A stretch of 42,457 nucleotides of DNA from an uncultured Methylibium sp. (GTDB lineage Bacteria > Pseudomonadota > Gammaproteobacteria > Burkholderiales > Burkholderiaceae_C): contig CAYLKR010000001.1 of the NCBI GenBank assembly GCA_964384225.1, positions 1 through 42,457 on the forward strand. The letters run 5' to 3'. The translations under genes and the position numbers were made by a program. Of the stretch, positions 35,966 through 42,457 are shown piece after piece. The notes beneath the pieces were generated by a model. It worked only from the letters and a program-made list of their open reading frames with translations. It did no database searches and had not been told where the DNA came from. How positions within the stretch are numbered: the first letter of the stretch is position 1; each line of letters starts with the position of its first letter.

Positions 35966-36041
35966 TGGCTCCCCGACCTGGGCTCGAACCAGGGACCTAC
36001 GGATTAACAGTCCGGCGCTCTACCGACTGAGCTATCGAGGA
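35966..36041 (-). tRNA. tRNA-Asn (GTT)
   Basis: TCCTCGATAGCTCAGTCGGTAGAGCGCCGGACT-GTT-AATCCGTAGGTCCCTGGTTCGAGCCCAGGTCGGGGAGCCA; 76 nt, encoded CCA. Confidence 0.97.
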
Positions 36042-36053
36042 ATGCAGCCGCAA

Positions 36054-36059
36054 ATTATA
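36054..36059 (-). promoter_or_regulatory. Sigma70 -10 element for tRNA-Asn
   Basis: Perfect TATAAT 12 nt upstream of tRNA 5' end; no clear -35. Confidence 0.6.
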
Positions 36060-36076
36060 GCGGCTTTCGTCGCCGC

Positions 36077-38191
36077 TCAGAGTTCGACCTGGAGCGACAC
36101 GCGCCAGGTGCGCGCGGCGAGCGGGTAGAGGTAGGCGTGGCCGAACTGGTAGGGCGCCTCCTGCCAGGCGCGCCGGTCGGCCAGGTTGTCGACGGCGCCG
36201 CGCCAGATCCACTTGCGCCCGTCGGCCGTCGTGCGCTCCCAGTTCGCGCCGAGGTCGATGCGGGCCCAGCCGGGCACGGTCGGGCTGCCGACGGCGGGCA
36301 GCACGGAGCGTTCGCTGTCGGCCGTGAGCGCCGCGTAGGCGCGCAGCCCGGGCAGCGACTCGAGCTCGCGCTCGACCAGCAGGCGCAGGCTGCGCTCGGG
36401 CACGTTCGGGGGGCGTTGCCCGTCGATCAGCGGGTCGGCGCTGCCTTCGCGGCGCGCGTGCAGCCACTGCAGGCTGCCGGCCAGTGTCCAGCGGCCGAGC
36501 AGCGCTCTGGCGTCGGCCTCGAGGCCGACGTGACGCTGCACGCCGTCGGGCAGCACGCTGCTGCCGGTGTCGGTGAACGCCGGCTGGTCGATGCGGAACA
36601 CCGTCAGCCCGGCGCCGAGCCGCTCGCCACCGTGGCGGTAGCCGATTTCGCTCTGGCGGCTCTTGCGCGGCGGCAGACCCTGGCCGGGGCGGTCGTAGCC
36701 GGGCAGATTGGGCACGACGTCGGACTCGACGCCCTGGCCCCAGCTGGCGTGGACGCGGTGGCCGACCGCGAACTCCCAGCTTCCGCCGAGCCACGGCGTG
36801 GTGAAACGGCTCGTGTAGTCGGTCGCCGCGCTGCCGTCGGTCATCACGCTCCGACGCTGCAGCCGCGTGTGGCGCAGGCCGATCCAGAGGCCGACCGTCG
36901 GACCGAGCTGCAGCGCGTCGCGCAGGTAGAACTCGGTGCTGCGTTCGTCGCGGTCGGTGGCGGGGTAGAGGGTCGGGTCCGGGGTGGTCGTCGCGCTGCC
37001 GTCGATCCCGCCGCTGCCGGCGGGGTTGAAGGCCTGTCCCTGCAGCCGCTGTTCGTAGTGGCTGCGCAGCACGCCGACGCTGAGCGCATGGATCAGCCCG
37101 CCGGCCTGCAGCCGGCCGTGCAGTCCGGCGTCGAGCGCGGCATTGCGGCGGCGTTCGTTCTCGCTGCGGAAGTCGTAGAAGTCGAAGCTGCCGTCGCTGC
37201 AGTAGCGGTCGTAGAGCCCTTCGGCATTGCAGCCGTAGGGGAAGGCGATGCGGTCGTCGGTGCGCAGGCGCTGCAGGCCCGCATGGACGACGGCACGCCA
37301 GTCGGCATCGAGCCGCTGTGTCAGGCGCAGGCTCGCGTACTGCGCAGCGAACACGACGGGCTTCACCCACGGCAGATCGTTGAGGTTGCGGTCGGGGTCG
37401 ATGTCGTCGGCATCGGGCACGCGGTCGCCCAGCAGGCTGAAGCCCGGCTGGCTGGGCTGCCGGCGGCGGCTCGCCTCGAACTCGGCCTCGACCATCGTGT
37501 CCGGCGTCAGCCGCCAGTCGCCGGCCAGCGCGAACAGGTGGCGGCGCCCCTCGGCGTCGTCGAGTTCGGGGGCGAGCCGCTCGGCCGCGACATTGACGCG
37601 CAGACCGAGGGCGCGGTCCTCGCCGAAGCGGCTCGACAGGTCCGCCGCGGCGAGCACGTTGCGCGCACCGCGCAGTTCGACCAGCACCGAGCGGCGTTCG
37701 ACGTCGGGTCGCTTGACGACCAGGTTCACCAGCCCGCCGGGCGCGCTGGTGCCGGCCTGGATGCCGCTGGTGCCCTTGAGCAGTTCGAGCCGGGACTTGT
37801 TGTCGAGCGCGAGCGCGGTCTCGCCGGTGATCGGCAGGCCGTCACGGCGGTAGTTGTAGCGCTGGTCGATCACGAAGCCGCGCACGGTCAGGCTGTCCCA
37901 GTAGCCGACCGAGTTGTAGGCATCGGCCACACTGGCGTCGAGCCGGGCCAGCTCGCGCAGGCCGCGGGCGCCCCGATCGCGCAGCGCGTCCTCGCCGACC
38001 ACGACGGCCTGCAGCGGCAGCCGGTCGACCGGCTCGTCGCCGAAGCCGGCGATGCCGGCCGCCGGTGTGCCGCGCGCGGTGATGGTCACGGCCGGCAGCT
38101 GGGCCGGATCGGCCTGCGCCGCGGCGAGGTGGCAGGCGAGGGTGCTCGCGAGTGCGATCGCACCCGGCAATGCAGCAGAAGGATGGGCCAT
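36077..38191 (-). CDS. TonB-dependent outer-membrane receptor, probably thiamine/thiamine-precursor related
   Basis: Signal peptide, TonB-box-like LPAVTITA, plug LTVRGF...RRDG...LELLKG...PGGLVNLVVKRP, beta-barrel; follows TPP riboswitch. Confidence 0.9.
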   Translation of the reverse strand: MAHPSAALPGAIALASTLACHLAAAQADPAQLPAVTITARGTPAAGIAGFGDEPVDRLPLQAVVVGEDALRDRGARGLRELARLDASVADAYNSVGYWDSLTVRGFVIDQRYNYRRDGLPITGETALALDNKSRLELLKGTSGIQAGTSAPGGLVNLVVKRPDVERRSVLVELRGARNVLAAADLSSRFGEDRALGLRVNVAAERLAPELDDAEGRRHLFALAGDWRLTPDTMVEAEFEASRRRQPSQPGFSLLGDRVPDADDIDPDRNLNDLPWVKPVVFAAQYASLRLTQRLDADWRAVVHAGLQRLRTDDRIAFPYGCNAEGLYDRYCSDGSFDFYDFRSENERRRNAALDAGLHGRLQAGGLIHALSVGVLRSHYEQRLQGQAFNPAGSGGIDGSATTTPDPTLYPATDRDERSTEFYLRDALQLGPTVGLWIGLRHTRLQRRSVMTDGSAATDYTSRFTTPWLGGSWEFAVGHRVHASWGQGVESDVVPNLPGYDRPGQGLPPRKSRQSEIGYRHGGERLGAGLTVFRIDQPAFTDTGSSVLPDGVQRHVGLEADARALLGRWTLAGSLQWLHARREGSADPLIDGQRPPNVPERSLRLLVERELESLPGLRAYAALTADSERSVLPAVGSPTVPGWARIDLGANWERTTADGRKWIWRGAVDNLADRRAWQEAPYQFGHAYLYPLAARTWRVSLQVEL

Positions 38192-38259
38192 CGTCGTTCC
38201 GTTCGAGGCAGGGGCGCCGCATCGAACGGACCCGCAACGGCTGCGGGTCACCGAGGCTG

Positions 38260-38350
38260 AACGCTTCCCTGCGCGAGGATTACCTCAATCAGGTTCAAAG
38301 GGACTTTCTCAGCCGGCGCTTCGGTGGGAAGCGCCAGCACCCCTAGCGGA
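38260..38350 (-). promoter_or_regulatory. TPP riboswitch (THI element)
   Basis: Minus strand CGCTAGGGGTGC...GCTGAGAAAGTCCCTTTGAACCTGATTGAGGTAATCCTCGCGCAGGGAAGCG contains TPP hallmarks (GCTGAGA, CCC..GAACCTGAT, TAAT loop, AGGGA). Confidence 0.93.
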
Positions 38351-38387
38351 TGTCGTGCACCGCGGTGCACGACGGTGAAACTCTAAC

Positions 38388-39488
38388 TCAGTCGAACACC
38401 GGCGTCTCGACGCCGAGCACCTTGTGCAGCTTCGGGCTGGTGGTCGTGTACTGCAGGTGGATGCGCTTGTCCGGGAAGATGTAGGGCGCGGCGCCGAAGG
38501 CGGCGAGCGCGGCCTCGTGGAAGCCGGAGAGGATCAGCTTCTTCTTGCCCGGGTAGGTGTTGATGTCGCCGACCGCGAAGATGCCCGGGACGTTGGTCTC
38601 GAACTTCTCGGTGTCGACGACGAGCTGCTTGCGCTCGATGTTCAGCCCCCATTCGGCGATCGGGCCGAGCTTGGGGGAGAGGCCGAAGAACACCAGCAGC
38701 ATGTCCAGCGGCACGACGCGCGTGACGCCGTCGCCACCGGTCACCTTGACGCTCTTCAGCACGCCGTCGGCCTCTTCCAGGCCGGTGACCTGGCCGACCA
38801 TGAACTGCATCTCGTAGGCGTCGCACAGCTCCTTCATCTTCGCGACGCTGGCCGGTGCGGCCTTGAAGCCGTCGCGGCGGTGCACGAGGATCACGCTCTC
38901 GGCCTTGTTCGGGCCGTCCTGCACGAAGTTCAGCGTCCAGTCGAGCGCCGAGTCGCCGCCGCCGACGATCACCAGGTTCTTGCCGGCGAAGGCGGCCGGG
39001 TTGCGCACGCGGTAGTGCAGCTGGGTGCCTTCGTACTTCTCGATGCCGTCGACCTTCAGCGTGCGCGGCTGGAAGGAGCCCACGCCGCCGGCGATGAAGA
39101 TGGTCTTGGTGATGAAGCGCGTGCCCTTGCTCGTCTCGAGGTTGAAGCGGCCGTCCTCGCGCTTGGCCACCAGCGTGACCTCCTGGCCGAGGTGGAAGGT
39201 CGCGCCGAAGGGTTCGATCTGCTTGAGCAGGTTGTCGGTGAGCTCCTTGCCGGTGCACACCGGCACGGCCGGGATGTCGTAGATCGGCTTGTCGGGGTAG
39301 AGCTCGATGCACTGGCCGCCCGGGTAGGCGAGCGAGTCGATGATGTGGGCCTTGACCTCCAGCAGGCCGAGCTCGAAGACCTGGAACAGGCCCACGGGGC
39401 CGGCACCGACGATCACGGCATCGGTCTCGATCGGCCCGTCGTGCGAGGCGGCGGCAGCAGGGATGGCGGGGTTCAGTTGAGGTTCCAT
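38388..39488 (-). CDS. Ferredoxin--NADP(+) reductase, thioredoxin-reductase-like type
   Basis: [61 protein letters not shown]; no TrxB-type CxxC; follows ferredoxin. Confidence 0.9.
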   Translation of the reverse strand: MEPQLNPAIPAAAASHDGPIETDAVIVGAGPVGLFQVFELGLLEVKAHIIDSLAYPGGQCIELYPDKPIYDIPAVPVCTGKELTDNLLKQIEPFGATFHLGQEVTLVAKREDGRFNLETSKGTRFITKTIFIAGGVGSFQPRTLKVDGIEKYEGTQLHYRVRNPAAFAGKNLVIVGGGDSALDWTLNFVQDGPNKAESVILVHRRDGFKAAPASVAKMKELCDAYEMQFMVGQVTGLEEADGVLKSVKVTGGDGVTRVVPLDMLLVFFGLSPKLGPIAEWGLNIERKQLVVDTEKFETNVPGIFAVGDINTYPGKKKLILSGFHEAALAAFGAAPYIFPDKRIHLQYTTTSPKLHKVLGVETPVFD

Positions 39489-39522
39489 TCGGGGCAGTGG
39501 GGCGCAGGGCGAAGGCGGACGA

Positions 39523-39846
39523 TCAGCGGATCAGCTGGTCGAGCTTGTCCTTGCGGTCCTTCCACTCGTCGGCGTCGGGCAGCGCGGGCTTGCGCTTGGT
39601 GATGCTGGGCCACTTCTTGGCCAGCTCGGCGTTGAGCTTGATGAACTTCAGCTGGTCGGAGGGCACGTCCTCCTCCGGCAGGATCGCGTTCACCGGGCAC
39701 TCGGGGATGCACACGGCGCAGTCGATGCACTCGTCCGGATCGATCGTGAGGAAGTTCGGGCCTTCGCGGAAGCAGTCCACCGGGCAGACGTCGACGCAAT
39801 CGGTGTACTTGCAGCGGATGCAGGATTCGGTGACGACGTGGGTCAT
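39523..39846 (-). CDS. fdxA: 7Fe-type ferredoxin (FdxA)
   Basis: [26 protein letters not shown]...[13 protein letters not shown]; 107 aa. Confidence 0.95.
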   Translation of the reverse strand: MTHVVTESCIRCKYTDCVDVCPVDCFREGPNFLTIDPDECIDCAVCIPECPVNAILPEEDVPSDQLKFIKLNAELAKKWPSITKRKPALPDADEWKDRKDKLDQLIR

Positions 39847-39902
39847 GGCGGCAGGACTGCGGGGGTTGGGGAGGGGCGCCGTCGCGGCGCAAGAGCGCGA
39901 TT

Positions 39903-40667
39903 TTAGTGGCTGGAGACCGGCCGGGCGCGGCCCTCGGTCGCGGTGGCCTCACCGGCCGGGGGGCGTTCGCCGCTCAAGGCCGTGGCACCGACGCCCACCG
40001 TCACCACGGTGGGCCGCCCGGCATGCAGCAGGCCGGCCTCGCCGAGCGTGGCGACGCGGTGCTCGCTGGCGAGCTGGTCGGCGCAGCCGGCACGCGAGAC
40101 CACGCTGGCCGGCGTGTCGCCGGGCCAGCCCGCCTCGCGCAGCCGGCGCGACAGCGCGGCGAGCTGGCGGCCGGCCATGTAGAAGACCTCGGTGTCGGCG
40201 CTGCGGGCGGCGTGCAGCGTGCCCGCCCGCGTCATCGCGGTGGTCAGCGCGACGCTGCGGCCGGCGCCACGCCGGGTGAGCGGCCGTTGCGTGACCGCGG
40301 CCGCGGCCAGCGCTGCGGTCACGCCGGGCACGACCTCGGCTGCGAGGCCGGCGGCGGCCAGCGACTGCAGCTCCTCCTCGAGCCGGCCGAACACGCTCGG
40401 GTCGCCGCCCTTGAGCCGCACGACGCGCCGGCCCTGGCCCGCGTGCTTCAGAAGCAGCGCGTTGATACGCGCCTGGCCGACGGCATCGCAGAAGCCGCGC
40501 TTGCCGACGTCGATCCACTCGGCCCGCGGTGCGAGCTCGCGCAACGCCGGGTCGGTGAGGGCGTCGAACAGCACGACCTCGGCCGCCGCCAGGCGCCGCG
40601 CGCCGCGTACGGTGATCAGGTCGGCCGCCCCCGGGCCAGCGCCGATGAAGACGACCGCATGAATCAT
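39903..40667 (-). CDS. cobA: Uroporphyrinogen-III C-methyltransferase (stand-alone SUMT)
   Basis: [43 protein letters not shown]; alternative GTG start at 40673. Confidence 0.92.
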   Translation of the reverse strand: MIHAVVFIGAGPGAADLITVRGARRLAAAEVVLFDALTDPALRELAPRAEWIDVGKRGFCDAVGQARINALLLKHAGQGRRVVRLKGGDPSVFGRLEEELQSLAAAGLAAEVVPGVTAALAAAAVTQRPLTRRGAGRSVALTTAMTRAGTLHAARSADTEVFYMAGRQLAALSRRLREAGWPGDTPASVVSRAGCADQLASEHRVATLGEAGLLHAGRPTVVTVGVGATALSGERPPAGEATATEGRARPVSSH

Positions 40668-40669
40668 CG

Positions 40670-41443
40670 TCACGCTGCCTGGCTGACGTGCAGGCCGCAT
40701 TCCTTGGCGGCCTCGTCCTCCCACCACCAGCGCCCGGCGCGGAAGGGTTCGCCGACCGCGATCGCCCGCGTGCAGGGCGCGCAGCCGATGCTGGGCATGA
40801 ACTGGTCGTGCAGCGAGTTGTAGGGCACGTCGTTCGTGGCGATGTAGTGCCAGACGTCGCCCCAGGTCCAGTCGGCGATCGCGTTGAGCTTCAGCCGGCC
40901 GGCGTCGTCCCGGTCGTCGAAGGGCACTTCACCGCGGGCGTCGCTCTGCTCGCGGCGCAGGCCGGTGATCCAGGCGCTGCGCTCGGCCAGCATGCGGCCC
41001 AGCGGCTCGAGCTTGCGCAGGCCGCAGCAGGCCTTGCGCAGCTCGATGCTGCGGTACATCGCCTCCTCGCCGTTGGCGCGGACGAAGTGGACGACCTGCT
41101 CCTGCTTCGGGCGGTAGACCTCGACAGCGAGGCCGTAGCGCTGCTCGATGCGGCCGATCAGCGCGACGGTCTCGTCGTGCAGCTTGCCGGTCTCGAGCGT
41201 GCCGATCGCGATCGGCAGCGCATGGCGCGCGATCAGGTCGGTGATCACCATGTCCTCGGCGCCGAGGCTGGTGGCTTGGACGATGCGCCCGGCATGCGCG
41301 GCCGCCGCATCGCGCAGCCGCGCGACGGCGGCAGCGACCTTGGCGTCGAAGTCCGCCGACGGCCGCGCGTACAGCGCGATCGCGGAGCCGACCGGCGGCG
41401 CGGCGTCGGGCAGCAGGGAGAGTTCCGAGGTCATCGCGTTCAT
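40670..41443 (-). CDS. cysH: Adenylylsulfate (APS/PAPS) reductase, Fe-S-type motifs
   Basis: ACCGLRKLEPL, WITGLRREQS, SIGCAPCT, RAGRWWWE, ECGLH. Confidence 0.94.
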   Translation of the reverse strand: MNAMTSELSLLPDAAPPVGSAIALYARPSADFDAKVAAAVARLRDAAAAHAGRIVQATSLGAEDMVITDLIARHALPIAIGTLETGKLHDETVALIGRIEQRYGLAVEVYRPKQEQVVHFVRANGEEAMYRSIELRKACCGLRKLEPLGRMLAERSAWITGLRREQSDARGEVPFDDRDDAGRLKLNAIADWTWGDVWHYIATNDVPYNSLHDQFMPSIGCAPCTRAIAVGEPFRAGRWWWEDEAAKECGLHVSQAA

Positions 41444-41459
41444 GGGGCGTCCCGGGAGG

Positions 41460-41960
41460 TCAGGCGTGGCGGGCGAAGTGCGGCCGGTGCTCGGCCACGT
41501 CGGCCTGGTAATGGCCCTGGCCGAAGAAGGTGAGGGTGTTGGCCGCGGCCTCGGGGCTCTGGTCGTGGCGCAGCACCGCGACGTCGAAGCCGGTGCGAGC
41601 GAGCAGCGGCACCATGTCGACCAGCACGTCGCCGGTGGCGCGCAGTTCGCCGCGCCAGCGGTAGCGCGAGCGCAGCAGCCGGGCCTGGCTGTAGGCGCGG
41701 CCGTCGGTCCACTTCGGGAACTGCAGCGCGATCATCGCGAGCCGGGGCAGGTCGGCGGCGAGCTCCTCGACGTCGACGTCGTTCGGCACGGTCACGGCGA
41801 CCGGCTTGTCGGCCGGCCAGGTCGCGCGCACGCTGTGCCATTGCGGCAGCGTCAGCAGCAGGTGCGAGGCCGGGGTGATGGTCACGAGCGGCCCGTCTTC
41901 GCCGCCGACCGTGTGCCAGGGGTCGCGCGGGCAGTCGTGGCGGGGGTCGACGAACTTCAT
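41460..41960 (-). CDS. DUF934 family protein (sulfite-reduction associated)
   Basis: IALQFPKWTDGRAYSQARLLR...GELRATGDVLVD...RTGFD; between cysI and cysH. Confidence 0.9.
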   Translation of the reverse strand: MKFVDPRHDCPRDPWHTVGGEDGPLVTITPASHLLLTLPQWHSVRATWPADKPVAVTVPNDVDVEELAADLPRLAMIALQFPKWTDGRAYSQARLLRSRYRWRGELRATGDVLVDMVPLLARTGFDVAVLRHDQSPEAAANTLTFFGQGHYQADVAEHRPHFARHA

Positions 41961-42457
41961 CACGCGGCTTCCTTGGCAGTGCTGCGGCGGACCTTGTTGG
42001 CCGCGGCCTTGAACGGGTCGAGTCCGATGCGCCGGACGGTGTCGATGAAGCGCTCGTTGGCGGCGGCGCGCTGGCCGCGGTAGGTCTCGATCACCGCCTC
42101 GATCGCGTCGACCACCTCGTCGGCCGCGAACGACGGGCCGATCACCTTGCCGGGCACCGCCGCGGCCAGACCGCCGCTGAGCGCCGAGCCGTCGGAGCCG
42201 CCGAGCGTCACCTGGTACCACTCGCTGCCGTCCTTGTCGACGCCGAGGATGCCGATGTGGCCGCTGTGGTGGTGGCCGCAGGAGTTGATGCAGCCGCTGA
42301 TGTGCAGGTCGATGTCGCCGATGTCGTAGAGCTCGTCGAGGTCCTCGAAGCGCTCGGTCAGCTGCGCGGCGATCGGGATCGAGCGCGCGTTCGCGAGGCC
42401 GCAGAAGTCGCCGCCGGGGCAGGCGATCATGTCGGTCAGCAGGCCGATGTTGGGCGT
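41960..42457 (-). CDS. cysI: Sulfite reductase hemoprotein subunit, C-terminal part (5' truncated by window edge)
   Basis: Siroheme/[4Fe-4S] cysteines ACPGGDFCGLAN and ISGCINSCGHHH; frame open to window end. Confidence 0.92.
   Translation of the reverse strand, partial: TPNIGLLTDMIACPGGDFCGLANARSIPIAAQLTERFEDLDELYDIGDIDLHISGCINSCGHHHSGHIGILGVDKDGSEWYQVTLGGSDGSALSGGLAAAVPGKVIGPSFAADEVVDAIEAVIETYRGQRAAANERFIDTVRRIGLDPFKAAANKVRRSTAKEAA

Noticed and set aside
12078-35966. Genomic island integrated at tRNA-Asn
   Set aside because: No integrase or transposase, no duplicated tRNA 3' end found by eye, and the central operon looks as GC-rich as the housekeeping genes

Overview
Very GC-rich chromosomal window, probably from a Burkholderiales betaproteobacterium (inferred from gene content). 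Left: urea ABC transporter urtA(partial)BCDE, met head-on by a minus-strand ada/alkA-ogt-EamA-ureD run. Then phosphomannomutase, waaA, an H-NS-family gene, a hypothetical gene, an MCP and a Cache-PAS-PAS-GGDEF diguanylate cyclase. Centre (16.1-33.0 kb, minus strand): a tightly coupled 17-gene envelope operon joining three parts. These are (i) a TolQ/ExbD/ExbD/TonB-like motor with TPR and beta-barrel proteins resembling the myxobacterial Agl-Glt core, (ii) an ApbE/DUF3570/DUF4266/TlpA flavin-thiol module and (iii) two c-type cytochrome lipoproteins, one hydrazine-synthase-alpha-like, with canonical and non-canonical heme motifs. One of the two ExbD subunits has Asn in place of the normally essential Asp. 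Right: RTX-repeat protein, tRNA-Asn, TPP-riboswitch-controlled TonB-dependent receptor, and a cysI(partial)-DUF934-cysH-cobA-fdxA-ferredoxin reductase run. No CRISPR array, integrase or transposase seen. Family assignments are by motif recognition only; no searches were run.
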